Source: an uncultured Planctomycetaceae bacterium
Lineage (GTDB): Bacteria; Planctomycetota; Phycisphaerae; SM23-33
Direction: 5' to 3'
Length of the DNA: 34,544 nt
NCBI GenBank assembly: GCA_964575155.1
Contig: CAZNSB010000001.1
Location: 1 to 34,544, forward strand
Shown: piece by piece, positions 24,501-34,034 of the stretch
Layout: every line of letters begins with the position of its first letter
Numbering within the stretch: the first letter of the stretch is position 1
Made by a program: the position numbers and the translations under genes
Notes under the pieces: model-generated
Told to the model about the DNA's origin: nothing
What the model saw: the letters and a program-made list of their open reading frames with translations, nothing else
Database searches by the model: none

Positions 24501-24659
24501 GTGCGTCAGCGCCAGCAGGGCCTCGGTGTCGCCGTCCTGCACGAGGCGCTTCAGGAGCCGCTCGGCGCCGGCCGCAGGCGCCTCTCCGGCCGAGAAGGAC
24601 GCCCCGATCAGCAACGCCAGCACGCCGGCCAGCGGCGCCGTCCTGAGCACGCCCGCCAT
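21543..24659 (-). CDS. Secreted hypothetical protein (1038 aa) with an N-terminal beta-rich (propeller-like) region and a helical-repeat C-terminal half
   Basis: ATG at 24659 follows GGAGAGGGAAG. The signal peptide is MAGVLRTAPLAGVLALLIGASFSAGEA. W/G-rich strands recur (LHLAF, LHLVW, LHVFA, LHVVW). I recognise no catalytic motif. Confidence 0.8.
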   Translation of the reverse strand: MAGVLRTAPLAGVLALLIGASFSAGEAPAAGAERLLKRLVQDGDTEALLALTHHLSVDEISARMKAISPLTIALAARPKASVKDVHKGVEQLGRPAMAFDSTGRLHLAFCGSRLVPGPDHLGNRRRRRTNLYYTSQGGAEWSKPRVLLDDELYVNGLRLLVDGEDTAYVLCFGHNARLAPTRSGLKPGLNDLLVFRRPRGGEWSAPRSLLSEHPKLVHGLDACLDGSGSLHLVWSPWKDNRTRQVIHYRRCVGGNWQETRVLPGVAGYNLTYPRIRWTNGALHVFAAGQTPDYQSISTYHLTCREGQWGEPKLLLHKTAFRHQISEGRAFVLASLYRPGPWQGAYVLFGPDAKGRIRRRGQFLLPGTRMAMIPNYGWSYPSLAADPKGRPLAVIAESGHLYLLRLGPGGATEAVCLWHGGAGRGAAGQISRLAVRGRRLHVVWLESDKGLISLRHLETDVPDRRWQPLNVLYWRLRAGAGLGRNDRALLRARILSKARAHDRALEMAKAVGRYLYVLANFHDGTEPHEVRRRLLELDQAGITEVKRQLWAMLRDDPKLPQRTTPGAVALGRLMRQLSVRPGGKGGAILLARPPQDKSTVRKLLAASKHPSFVVFLADGKEAVIRPDLKKLQELKVGGRRFAEICRRRLEGAKPEAIEKTAIPVGGPARAQLVAALGDLAGIDIRPQHTGRVRYLLGWYFKVSAKAQVELRPEIVEHAREAVPLLFARFYDEPFARSGLGWGGAHRYAAKLLVHLARKDKARKRIVEWARRLLFSVDPDERGWSNHVLVGIDYEGEAEELPVLLLREDDTEVTVAILARLRNRLTRRPGLSKKLQTDAPWREFLTDVLESLLASDDPRVASAAAGCLRDVPTKRSTAIMVDALAQRKPWGRSFIGAVKKRTYRLHPAALSAAQQRRIVPGLIRIKMTEPDWGSDTTTDILMNIPDKRVLPAFFEMLERHKDNVTIQRQASYSIWIIFTKSPGLERPAEVRDFKVLTAAPVKAGAAWRRWHRQHRHRLRWDEEAMRYGLEAAAPTRPASR

Positions 24660-25308
24660 CTTCCCTCTCCGTCAAACCCCGACGGCCGCAGCCGCGGCAC
24701 CCATCATTCTGCATCCGACGGACCACCAGCACTCGTGGTCGCCCCGGCTATGGACGTTTCCGGGTGACGGTGAAGCGGTCGCCGGTCCTGCCGGCCGCGC
24801 GGAAGCCGAGGGTGCCAGCATTCCCCAGATGGGCTCGCGCCTGCGACCACCGTGGGTCTTTTCTATCATGCTATCACGATGCGGGAGATCAGCAAGCACT
24901 TTCCCTGGCCCCGGCAAGGAGCATCGGGCCGTTGCCGGGCCATTATGTTGCTCGAAACGGCCTGCATGCGGGCCTCCGTTGCCGCTCCGGACGGACCGTC
25001 CCTGTTGCCTCCGCGTCCTCCCCCTGTCTCGTCACGTGCCGCCGTCATCTCAGCACCGGCTCCCGCGGCCGCCGGTAGCGATCATGCCAGTAGCGGCCAG
25101 GCATGGCCGTCCGGGGTCGCATCGTCCGCGGAGACCCGGACGATGCAGGTACAACTTCGCAAGCTCTCCTCCATCAAGCCGTACAAGGGCAAGCCGACGT
25201 GCGGACGGGAGAGCTGCAACATCCGGTCCTGGCCGGCCGGCACTACAGGCGCCCCTCCGTCTGCCACGCCGGCGAGTTCTTCCTTCGGCGGCGCCGCGGG
25301 GGCGTCTT

Positions 25309-27876
25309 TCAGTCGATCCACTTCGCCCCGAGGATCGCGGCGGCGTGGCGGAGCATCTGCTCCTGCCAGTGGTCGTAGAAGCCCTCGTAGCCCCAGCTCC
25401 AGGCGGTGCCGAGGTATGGCTGGAGGGTCCAGGTGTAGCGGTGGTCGCCGTTGAAGACCTTGAAGACCCCAGCGAGGTACTCCTTGGCCGACTTGACGGC
25501 GGCGGCCTTTTTCGGGTCTTTGGCGGCCTGCTCGATGGCGGCCTTCAGCAGGAAGTAGGCCTTCAGGTCGTTCATGCCGTCGGCCCAGTTGATCATGGCC
25601 GGGGCGCGGAGGAGCTTCTTGGTGGTCTTGTCGTAGGCGACCTGCCCGGCGGTGTGCCCGCCAGTGAGGTGCCAGGCGTGGAAGAACTTCGCGCCGGTGG
25701 AGATCATCATCATGCCGGCCTGGAAGCGGTTGGCCTCATCCTTGTCGGTGGCGCCGCAGTAGCCGAAGTGCTTTCCCTGCTTGTGGATCCAGCGGTAGAC
25801 CTCCGGTCCGGCCCAGGTGGCCGGATCGTCGAAGGCCGGCACCGCGTACCACTTCAGGCACACCGGAAGCGGCGAGAACTGCACGTCCAGGGTGGTCAGG
25901 GCGTCGGGGGCGACCTCGTTGACCCACCCCATGAACGCCCCCGGCTTGCCGTTGCGCCCCCCGCCGAGGTTCGGCTCGTCGAAGGTCATGTAGATCAGCT
26001 CCGGCCACTCGGGGTGTTTCTTCCGGGCCGCCTCAATCCGCTTGATCTGCGCTTTCCAGGCCTTCTCGGCGGTCTTCATGCGCTCGTTCCACGCGCCGGC
26101 CTGGTTGAAGTTGGCCGGGCGGGTGCGCTTCAGCAGCGTCCCGCCGTTCCACTTCGGGCCCGTGTCGAAGTCGCTGAAGACGCACACCGCCTGGAAGCCG
26201 TAGCGCTTCATCCACATCATCCGCTTGTGCAGCTTCGCCACGTCCACCTGCCAGGCGCCCTTGGCGTCCTTCTCGAAGTCGAGGAAGTTGCCGAAGCGGG
26301 TGATGCAGTTGAAGCCGCTGCGGCTGTAGACGGTCAGCCCCTCGTCGTCGAAGCGCGGGTTCCCCCCCTGGTAGATCAGCCCCACGAACACGTCCTTCGG
26401 GGCGGTCTGGACCATGTCCTGGACGCGAAGGGACATCGGTGCCGAGCAAAGCTCCTTGCCGTCCAGGAGCAGCTCGACCTTGCCGGTGTATTTGCCGGCC
26501 CGGGCGTCGGCGGGCACGTGGAAGGTCAGGAAGAAGTACCGCACGCCCTCGGTTCCGGCCGGCGTGACCGCCCGGACGCCGTCGGCCGTGCTCAGCACGT
26601 CCATGTACCGCCGCTTGTCCGGGCCGAGGTACCCGGGGCAGTACTCGATGAGCTCGACGGGCATCTTCGCCCCCGCCGGCCCGGCCAGCGCCATCCCCGC
26701 CGGCCGGCACACGACGTCCTTGACCTCGCGCGTGTGATACACGCCCACGCAATAGCTCACGCGCTGGCCCTTCACGGCGAACGTGTCCAGCTCGGTGAGC
26801 TTCTCGTGGGCGTAGGGCATGGCGGCCCATTCGGGGCGCTTCCGCCTCTTCTCGTCGATCTGCCCCAGGGGCATCAGCGGCGGACGGGTGAAAACGAACA
26901 CGCCGTCCTTGACCAGCGGCTTGACCGCCAGGTCGAAGCGGACTTCTGTCTCGGGCTGCTCGATCAGGACGGCGTCGTCCAGCCACCACGTGCCGCGCGT
27001 CTTGCCCGGCTGCATGTAGAAGTGCCGGCGCTGCTGGAGGGCGAACTCGATCGCGGCGTCGGCGGTCGCGGCCCGGGCGACGTAGCGGTCCATGCCCCAG
27101 CCGGTCCGGGCGCCTTCAAAGGTGGCCTTGAGCCAGTCTCGCGTGCTGCACTGGGCCATGACGGACCCGCCAAAGGCCCCGATACTCTTCTTGGTCTTGG
27201 GGTCGGTGCCGGTGAGCTTGAAGTGGGCGGCGTTGCCGGCCTGGTAGCCGAACCGGCACACGCCGGCGGTCTTGCTCCACGCGCCGAAGTAGTACCACGA
27301 GCCCTTGTGCAGCTTGACGGGCTTGGCGTACTTCGTCGAGATCGTCTGGTTGTCGGCGGTGAGCATCAGGGAGGATTTCCCCGAGTGCCTGACCTTGGTG
27401 TCGAGGGTTCCCGGCGCACTGAAGTGCGCCGGCCGGCCGGCTGCGCCGGTCTCGAAGCCGCCGCCGGAGATCAGGTTGTGCGGGCTGTTGACCACGTCGA
27501 TCTCGACCTGCTTGCCGGACTTCGCGGACGTGTTCGTCACCCGGTACGACAGCGTCTCGCCGGGGGCGATCTTCGGGATGACGAAGACGATCTCGTCGTT
27601 GCCGGGCTGGTCGTGGGGGGGGACCTTCTCGATCGCGTGGGGCACCTCCTTGCCCGACGGGTCGTACACGTGGAAGCCCGCGCGCTGGATCGTGCCCGGG
27701 CGCAGGTTCCGGCCCAGCACGGTGTACACCCGCAGGATCACCGGCCAGTTCGTCTTGGCCTCGCCGGAGACGTTCTTGAGGTCCACGCGGACGTCGTAGT
27801 CGGCCCGGGCGGCGCCGCCGGCGCAGCCGCCCACCAGGAGCAACAGCATCGTCCATCGCATCGCCGCGGAAGTCAT
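25309..27876 (-). CDS. Large lipoprotein, possibly glycoside-hydrolase/carbohydrate-binding-like (function uncertain)
   Basis: ATG at 27876 has a perfect AAGGAG (reverse complement of 27882-27887, 5-nt spacer); the track start at 27900 is less likely. The lipobox-like sequence is MTSAAMRWTMLLLLVGGCAGG. The N-terminal region looks like a beta-sandwich. GC3 is high throughout. Confidence 0.8.
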   Translation of the reverse strand: MTSAAMRWTMLLLLVGGCAGGAARADYDVRVDLKNVSGEAKTNWPVILRVYTVLGRNLRPGTIQRAGFHVYDPSGKEVPHAIEKVPPHDQPGNDEIVFVIPKIAPGETLSYRVTNTSAKSGKQVEIDVVNSPHNLISGGGFETGAAGRPAHFSAPGTLDTKVRHSGKSSLMLTADNQTISTKYAKPVKLHKGSWYYFGAWSKTAGVCRFGYQAGNAAHFKLTGTDPKTKKSIGAFGGSVMAQCSTRDWLKATFEGARTGWGMDRYVARAATADAAIEFALQQRRHFYMQPGKTRGTWWLDDAVLIEQPETEVRFDLAVKPLVKDGVFVFTRPPLMPLGQIDEKRRKRPEWAAMPYAHEKLTELDTFAVKGQRVSYCVGVYHTREVKDVVCRPAGMALAGPAGAKMPVELIEYCPGYLGPDKRRYMDVLSTADGVRAVTPAGTEGVRYFFLTFHVPADARAGKYTGKVELLLDGKELCSAPMSLRVQDMVQTAPKDVFVGLIYQGGNPRFDDEGLTVYSRSGFNCITRFGNFLDFEKDAKGAWQVDVAKLHKRMMWMKRYGFQAVCVFSDFDTGPKWNGGTLLKRTRPANFNQAGAWNERMKTAEKAWKAQIKRIEAARKKHPEWPELIYMTFDEPNLGGGRNGKPGAFMGWVNEVAPDALTTLDVQFSPLPVCLKWYAVPAFDDPATWAGPEVYRWIHKQGKHFGYCGATDKDEANRFQAGMMMISTGAKFFHAWHLTGGHTAGQVAYDKTTKKLLRAPAMINWADGMNDLKAYFLLKAAIEQAAKDPKKAAAVKSAKEYLAGVFKVFNGDHRYTWTLQPYLGTAWSWGYEGFYDHWQEQMLRHAAAILGAKWID

Positions 27877-28078
27877 AGATTCTCCTTTCGCTCCCGTCAT
27901 CGCCTCGGCGTTTCGCTCGCCCGCCCGATCCGGCGGGTCCCGCCCGGCGGCGGTCTCTTACCTAACCCCAAACAACCCGGATGTCACCGGGTTGCTGGAA
28001 AAATCACCGCCCGGCCGACAGGCGGCGCCGGGGGGCGTTTTTGGCGTTGTTCGCCCCCGTCCGGGGCTTTCCGGTAGA

Positions 28079-29053
28079 ATGCCGCACGTGGCGGCAGAGG
28101 CGACAGCCAAGAGAGCGCGCCGCCGCCGCTGGCTGATCCCGGCGGTGAAGCTGGCTCTGCTGGCGGCGGTGGTCTGGTACGTCGGCGCGGCCCTGTTCAA
28201 CGCGGTCCGACAGACCGACTGGTCGGGCCTGTTCTTCCGCCCGCAGTGGATGCTGCTGGGGGTCGGGCTGCTGATGTGCGGGGTCTTCGCCGGCACGACG
28301 GTCTTCCGCACGTTCTACCGCCAACTGGGCACGAAGCTCACCCTCAGCGAGGGCGTCTCCCTGTTCACCGTGCCCATGCTGGGCGCCTACCTGCCGGGAA
28401 GGGCCTTTTACGTCGCCGGACACGTGGCCATTGCACGGACCATGGGCGTGCCCCTCTCGATAAGCGGGGCGGGGGTGTTTCTGCTGGCGGGGCTGGGCGT
28501 GCTGGCGGGCATCCTCGTGGGGCTGCTGCTACTGCTGCTCCGCCCGATTCCCGGGATCGACGCGGGCTATTTCCGTCTGTCTCTGGGCGCGGCCCTGGCG
28601 CTGACGCTGCCGGTGCTTCACCCCAGGCTCTACTTCGGCATCGTCAACCTGGTGCGCCGGGCCGCCAAGAAGCGCCCGCTGAGGGTGGATCTTCGCTTGC
28701 CCACCATGGCCTCTCTGCTGGGGGGCATGTGCCTGTACGCGGTCTTCTTCATTGCCGGGTTCGTGGCCATGGGGCGGAGCATCATGGCCTTTCCCCTGGC
28801 GGCGGTGCCGACGATGATCGGCGCGATCTCCCTGGCCACGATGATCGGGCTGCTGGCGCTGTTCGCCCCCGGCGGGCTGGGCGTCCGCGAGGGGCTGCTG
28901 CTGCTGTTCCTCTCACCGGTCGTCGGCGAGGCCACCGCCGGGCTCCTGGCCGTCTCGCTGCGGCTGCTTCAGATTCTGGTGGACGTGGCCCTGGCGGGGA
29001 TCGGATACGCGATCTTCCGCCGGCTTCAGAAGGGCAAGGCCGTGCGCCACTGA
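28079..29053 (+). CDS. Flippase-like / lysylphosphatidylglycerol-synthase-TM-region (UPF0104) family membrane protein
   Basis: ATG 28079. The protein has about 8 TM helices and the C-terminal signature FAPGGLGVREG typical of this family (from memory). Confidence 0.75.
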   Translation: MPHVAAEATAKRARRRRWLIPAVKLALLAAVVWYVGAALFNAVRQTDWSGLFFRPQWMLLGVGLLMCGVFAGTTVFRTFYRQLGTKLTLSEGVSLFTVPMLGAYLPGRAFYVAGHVAIARTMGVPLSISGAGVFLLAGLGVLAGILVGLLLLLLRPIPGIDAGYFRLSLGAALALTLPVLHPRLYFGIVNLVRRAAKKRPLRVDLRLPTMASLLGGMCLYAVFFIAGFVAMGRSIMAFPLAAVPTMIGAISLATMIGLLALFAPGGLGVREGLLLLFLSPVVGEATAGLLAVSLRLLQILVDVALAGIGYAIFRRLQKGKAVRH

Positions 29054-29092
29054 CTGGTGTACATCCAATCTCCCCGCCCCGGTCCGTTTAGC

Positions 29093-29111
29093 GGCGGGCC
29101 GCAGGCCCGCC
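29093..29111. terminator. GC-rich hairpin between convergent genes
   Basis: GGCGGGCC-gca-GGCCCGCC forms a perfect 8-bp stem, with gttta upstream and ttcc downstream. The U-tract is weak. Confidence 0.4.
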
Positions 29112-29125
29112 TTCCGCGACAGGAT

Positions 29126-30022
29126 TCAATCGCCGAGTCGCCCCAGCAGGCTCACCAGGTACAGCGGATACGCCTTGAGGTTCCAGCGCCGGTACCGAAT
29201 GGCCTTACCCAGGAACTCGCGGGCGCCGCTTTGGCGCTGCCTCAGGAGCATCTTCCCGGCGGCGTAGTGCACCCGCGACAGCCGGCGGAAGGCCTCCTTC
29301 CGGGTGATGAACTCGTCCCCGCCGCGCTCGAAGTAGAACCGCTCCAGCATGGCCGCTTTGACCCGGCGCCCGAGGGCGCGGTTCGAGAGGGTCAGCGACT
29401 GCTCGTGCCACCGCCGCAGGGCCAGCGGCTCGTCGATCAGCCCGATCTCGAACTTCGTGGACACCCGCAGCCAGAACTCGTGCCCCACGCACACCGGGAG
29501 CGACTCGTCGAACCCGCCGCACTGGTGGATGACGCGCCTGTGGAAGACCGCCGCCGGGTCGTGAATGAAGATGCTCTGGAACAGCGCCCGCGTCAGCCGG
29601 CCGGCATGGCAGGGCTTGGAGTGCCCCGCCATGGGCGTTCCGTCCATACGGATCGGCTTCATGGGGGTGTACACGATGCTCAGGTGCGGATTGGCGCGGA
29701 GGTAGTCCATGCAGCGCTGGAGCTTCTCCGGCAGCCAGAGGTCGTCCGCGTCCAGCAGGGCGATCCACTCGCCGCGCATCGCCTCGATGCCGCGGTTCCT
29801 CGCCGCCGCCAGCCCGCCGTGGGCAGCCCGGACGGGCCGGATCTTCTCCCACCCCGAGCCCAGCTCCTCGATCACCGCCGGCGTGTCGTCGGTGGAGCCG
29901 TCGTCCACGACGATCAGCTCGAAATCCTCATACGTCTGCCGCCGGACCGATTCAACCGCCTGGCGCAGCAGTTGCCCGCAGTTGTATGCGGGAAGAATCA
30001 CACTGACGCTCGGCTCGTGCAT
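29126..30022 (-). CDS. Family 2 (GT-A) glycosyltransferase
   Basis: VSVILPAYNCGQLLRQAVESVRRQTYEDFELIVVDDGSTDDT followed by LDADD (DxD motif). 298 aa, no TM segments. Confidence 0.85.
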   Translation of the reverse strand: MHEPSVSVILPAYNCGQLLRQAVESVRRQTYEDFELIVVDDGSTDDTPAVIEELGSGWEKIRPVRAAHGGLAAARNRGIEAMRGEWIALLDADDLWLPEKLQRCMDYLRANPHLSIVYTPMKPIRMDGTPMAGHSKPCHAGRLTRALFQSIFIHDPAAVFHRRVIHQCGGFDESLPVCVGHEFWLRVSTKFEIGLIDEPLALRRWHEQSLTLSNRALGRRVKAAMLERFYFERGGDEFITRKEAFRRLSRVHYAAGKMLLRQRQSGAREFLGKAIRYRRWNLKAYPLYLVSLLGRLGD

Positions 30023-30043
30023 GTCGGCCGCCTCGGACCGGCC

Positions 30044-31642
30044 TCAACGCTCACTGCGGCGGTACACCTGCCAGCCAGGCTTCTCGTAAATCCGATCCAA
30101 CTGCGGCCAGCCCTTCAAGCCGCGCTGAAGCGCCCGCCGGTATTCCTTTTCCCCGTCCTTGGTGTTCACTGCGACCAGGGAGAACCCCGGCTGGGAGCGG
30201 ACGAACTCCAGGACGCGCTGGGCGTCCGAGGCCGTCTCAGAGGGATCATCGGGCATCGCCAGCGTGCGCAGGCCGGTAACGTAGTGCAGGACGCTGTGGT
30301 CGCCGCCGGGGGCGGCAATGGGCTCATCTACGGGCTGCAACTGACGCAGATGGTCGGCGACCCCCAACAGCCGGGCATGTTGGCCGTCGCGAATGACCTC
30401 GTAGTACCTCGGCGTGTAGCTGAGGTAGCAGTAGTACACCGCGTTTCGCAGCAGCCGGGGGGCGTTGACGCCCAGCACGAAGACGGCAAGCACCGTGGCC
30501 GCCTTGAGATATAGCGAGGCGCTTGGCCGTCTCCGCCGCCACCGGCACACGCCGCGGACGGTCCAGCAGACCCCCTCGAACATCAGGTATGCCATCAGCA
30601 CGTGCAGCGGCAGCAGCAGCCGGGGCCGGATCGCCCAGGCGCCGACGGCGGAAAGCGACAGCCCCAGGACGGACAACGCAACCGTCACCGCCGGCAGCCG
30701 CTGCCCGCGCCGCCACAGGACCACCCCGCCGATGACCATCCACGCCGCCGCCGGCACGCCGAAGACGTGCCACAGCCCCTTCTGGCTGGTCAGCATCTCC
30801 GCGACGGCGGCGGGGATCGCCAGGAGGCCCTCCGGCAGGCTCAGGACCACCCGCCAGAGGGGGTAGGCGAGCTGCTCCCGGGTGGCGTCCAGGTACACGT
30901 TGACCCCTTCGGAGGCGGCCCGGGCCAGGAGATACAGACCGCCCATGGTTGCCAGCATCGCCAGCAGGAGCGTCCCGGCCACGAGAAGCCGCCTCCGCCC
31001 CGAGGCGCCCTCGCTCGTGTCCACCGCCAGCCCGACCGCCAGCGGGCCCAGCAGCAGCACGCCGGGGGCGCGAACGAGCAGGGCCGCGACGATCAGGACC
31101 ACCGCCACGCACAGCCACCAGATGCTGCCGCGGACCGCCCGCCCGCCGGCGCGAAGCACCGCCCAGAACAGCAGCAGGAAGGGAGCGCCCGTGAGAATGG
31201 TGTGGGATTTCAGGTAGTAGGTATAGGAGAACCCGGCGCACAGAACGACGGCCAGCGCCATGCGGGGGCTGCTCATCCGGCGGAGGACCGCATAGGCGAT
31301 GCCCAGGGCGCCCAGCCCGCAGGCCGCCGCGAAGAGATGCGGCGCCCAGTAGCCGGCCCCGAACACCCGCCGGAGGCCCGCCAGAATCAGTGGAAAGCCC
31401 GGGGGGACGGCGTTGGAGACCCGCCCGTTGAAGACGTATCCCTGCCCGGCCGCCAGCGACCTGCCCAGCCCCAGGTACAGGGCGCTGTCGGGCGAGGGCC
31501 ACCACTTGTTCGTCACCGTGCCGAGGTAGAGGGCGGCGAGGCACCCGCCGGCCAGGGCAAGGTGCCATCGGCGCGGAGGAAACGGCGCCAACCATCGCCG
31601 CGCCGCACCGGCGTGCTCAGACTGACCCGGAACGGCCGTCAT
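30044..31642 (-). CDS. Polytopic ArnT/PMT-like (GT39/GT83-type) glycosyltransferase
   Basis: ATG at 31642 follows GAAGGAA (alternative GTG at 31702). The protein has more than 10 hydrophobic helices, an N-terminal [20 protein letters not shown] loop and a soluble C-terminal domain. The function call is at family level only. Confidence 0.7.
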   Translation of the reverse strand: MTAVPGQSEHAGAARRWLAPFPPRRWHLALAGGCLAALYLGTVTNKWWPSPDSALYLGLGRSLAAGQGYVFNGRVSNAVPPGFPLILAGLRRVFGAGYWAPHLFAAACGLGALGIAYAVLRRMSSPRMALAVVLCAGFSYTYYLKSHTILTGAPFLLLFWAVLRAGGRAVRGSIWWLCVAVVLIVAALLVRAPGVLLLGPLAVGLAVDTSEGASGRRRLLVAGTLLLAMLATMGGLYLLARAASEGVNVYLDATREQLAYPLWRVVLSLPEGLLAIPAAVAEMLTSQKGLWHVFGVPAAAWMVIGGVVLWRRGQRLPAVTVALSVLGLSLSAVGAWAIRPRLLLPLHVLMAYLMFEGVCWTVRGVCRWRRRRPSASLYLKAATVLAVFVLGVNAPRLLRNAVYYCYLSYTPRYYEVIRDGQHARLLGVADHLRQLQPVDEPIAAPGGDHSVLHYVTGLRTLAMPDDPSETASDAQRVLEFVRSQPGFSLVAVNTKDGEKEYRRALQRGLKGWPQLDRIYEKPGWQVYRRSER

Positions 31643-31869
31643 GGTGCGGATTCCTTCTGGCCTTGCGGCGAGCGGGCCCAAGGCGGCGCGTATCCTATGC
31701 ACTGCCCCTGCGCGTTACAAGCCCTATCCGCAGGGGCGCGGCGGGCCCAAGCGGCGACACGCCCGGCTATTGCGTGGGCCCCCGAAGGCCCGTATCATGT
31801 CGGCCGCTCCGCCGGCGCCGGATCGGCCCTGCGACGACGCCGGGCGCGGGCACCCGTGGAGATTCGGGC

Positions 31870-32826
31870 ATGATCGAAGGAAAGAGCGTCTTCATCACGG
31901 GCGGGGCCGGCTTCATCGGCTCGACCCTGGCGGGCAGGCTCGTCGAAAAGAACGAGGTCACGATCTTTGATAACCTGGCCAGGAACTCCCTGAAAGCCAG
32001 GCCCTTCAAGGACCACCCCGGCCTGAAGCTCGTCGAGGGCGACGTCCTCGATTTCGATTGCGTCAGTCAGGCCATGCAAGGCGCCGACGTGATCGTGCAC
32101 TGTGCGGCCGTTGCCGGCATCGACACCGTGATCAAGAGCCCCGTATCCACGATGCGCGTCAACACGATCGGCACGGCCAACGTGCTGGAGGCCGCCTCCC
32201 GCCTGCCCCGATGCGAGCGGGTGGTCTGCTTCTCCACGTCCGAGGTCTTCGGCAGCCACGCCTTCAGCTCCGACGAGAAGGACAACTCCGTCATCGGCAG
32301 CGTGGGGGAGGCGCGGTGGACGTACGCGGTCAGCAAGCTGGCGGGGGAGCATTTGGCCGTGGCCTACTACCACGAGAAATGGCTGCCGGTGACGGTGGTG
32401 CGGCCCTTCAACGTCTACGGCCCGGGACAGGTCGGGGAAGGCGCGCTGAGAACGTTCGTCATCCGCGCCCTCAAGGGCGAGCCCATCGAGATCCACGGCG
32501 ATGGGACCCAGATCCGGGCATGGTGCTACATCGATGACATGGTCGACGGGATCCTGCTGGCCATGGTCCACCCCAAGGCCGTGGGCGAGTCGTTCAACAT
32601 CGGCAACCAGAAGGCGGTGGTGACGATCTACGGCCTGGCGAACACCGTGGTGCGCGTGCTGGACTCCAAGTCGCTCATCGTCTTCGTGCAGAAAGACTAC
32701 GCGGACGTGGAGCTTCGGGTCCCCGCGGTGGCCAAGGCCAAGAAGCTGCTGGGCTTTGAGGCGAAGGTGGACATGGAGGAGGGCATCCGGCGCACGGCGG
32801 AATACTACCGGAGCATCGCCCAGTGA
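31870..32826 (+). CDS. NAD-dependent sugar-nucleotide epimerase/dehydratase (extended SDR)
   Basis: ATG 31870. The Rossmann motif is [10 protein letters not shown] and the catalytic motif is YAVSK (YxxxK). 318 aa. Confidence 0.85.
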   Translation: MIEGKSVFITGGAGFIGSTLAGRLVEKNEVTIFDNLARNSLKARPFKDHPGLKLVEGDVLDFDCVSQAMQGADVIVHCAAVAGIDTVIKSPVSTMRVNTIGTANVLEAASRLPRCERVVCFSTSEVFGSHAFSSDEKDNSVIGSVGEARWTYAVSKLAGEHLAVAYYHEKWLPVTVVRPFNVYGPGQVGEGALRTFVIRALKGEPIEIHGDGTQIRAWCYIDDMVDGILLAMVHPKAVGESFNIGNQKAVVTIYGLANTVVRVLDSKSLIVFVQKDYADVELRVPAVAKAKKLLGFEAKVDMEEGIRRTAEYYRSIAQ

Positions 32827-33965
32827 TCCGACTGACCGTCCCATCCATCGGGCCCGACGATCTCCAGGCCGTGCGCGACGCCCTGGCGTCGGGCTTCCTG
32901 GTGCAGGGAAGACGCGTCGCCGCCTTCGAGCAGGCCGTCGCCGACTCCCTCGGCGTGAAGTTCGCCGTGGCCACCAGCAGTGGCACGGCGGCGCTGCACC
33001 TGGGGCTGCTGGCGGCCGGCGTGGGCGCCGGCGACGTCGTGATCGTCACCGCGTACTCCTGGATCGCCACCGCCAACGTGATCGAGCTGTGCGGCGCCCG
33101 CCCCGTCTTCGTGGACATCCGGGCGGACACCTTCAACATGGACCCGGCCCGGCTGGAAGCGGCCCTGAAGGGGCTCGCCGCCGGCGGCGGAGCCGGCGGG
33201 CGGGTCAAGGCGGTCCTGCCGGTGCACACCTTCGGGCAGATGGCGGACATGCCCGCCATCGGGGCCCTGGCAGGCCGCCACGGCGCGTGCGTCATCGAGG
33301 ACGCCGCCTGCGCGCTGGGGGCCACGTGGGCGGGCCGGCAGGCGGGGACCTTCGGCCGAATGGGATGCCTGAGCTTTCACCCGCGCAAGGCGATCACCAC
33401 CGGCGAGGGGGGCATGGTGGTCACCAACGACCCGGAGCTGGACCGGCGCCTGCGGGCGCTCCGCAACCACGGGCAGGACCCCGGCGCCGCCTCCCCCGAC
33501 TTCATCCTGCCCGGGTTCAACTATCGCATGACCGAGTTCCAGGCCGCTCTGGGCACCACGCAGATGACCAAGCTGGACCGGATCATCTCCGCCCGGCGGC
33601 GGCTTGCGGAGAAATACGACGAGCTGCTGGCCGGGTCGAGCCTGACGCCGCCCGCCGCCGCTCCGGCGGCCGGCCACGTGTATCAGTCCTACGTCGCCCT
33701 GCTGCCGGAGCAGGCGGCCTGCGCCCGGGCGAAGCTGATTGCCGCGCTGAAGGAACAGGCGGTGGAGACGACCGTGGGCACCATCCACATGCCGATGACG
33801 ACGTACTACCGTCAGACGTACGGGCACCGCGAGGGCGACTTCCCCGTGACGGACGACGTTGCCTCCCGGTCGCTGACGCTGCCGCTGTATGAGAAGCTGC
33901 TGCCGGCCGACCAGGAGTACGTGGTGAAGAAGATCGAGGAGCTCCTTTCCTCGCTTGCGGTCTGA
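32823..33965 (+). CDS. DegT/DnrJ/EryC1/StrS-family PLP-dependent sugar aminotransferase
   Basis: GTG 32823 overlaps the upstream stop (GTGA). Motifs present: [11 protein letters not shown] and [14 protein letters not shown] (PLP lysine context). 380 aa. Confidence 0.85.
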   Translation: MIRLTVPSIGPDDLQAVRDALASGFLVQGRRVAAFEQAVADSLGVKFAVATSSGTAALHLGLLAAGVGAGDVVIVTAYSWIATANVIELCGARPVFVDIRADTFNMDPARLEAALKGLAAGGGAGGRVKAVLPVHTFGQMADMPAIGALAGRHGACVIEDAACALGATWAGRQAGTFGRMGCLSFHPRKAITTGEGGMVVTNDPELDRRLRALRNHGQDPGAASPDFILPGFNYRMTEFQAALGTTQMTKLDRIISARRRLAEKYDELLAGSSLTPPAAAPAAGHVYQSYVALLPEQAACARAKLIAALKEQAVETTVGTIHMPMTTYYRQTYGHREGDFPVTDDVASRSLTLPLYEKLLPADQEYVVKKIEELLSSLAV

Positions 33966-34034
33966 CGCCGCGGGAGCGGGAGCGGCGGGCGTTCCTGGCG
34001 CGGATCCCTCCCGACAGGAAGAAGGGCCGAAGAC

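Noticed and set aside
28079-33965. Naming the glycosylation genes arnB/arnC/arnT/arnA.
   Set aside because: There is only family-level resemblance. The GT2 lacks the C-terminal TM segments I associate with ArnC, and no formyltransferase or deformylase is present. Gene symbols were therefore left blank.
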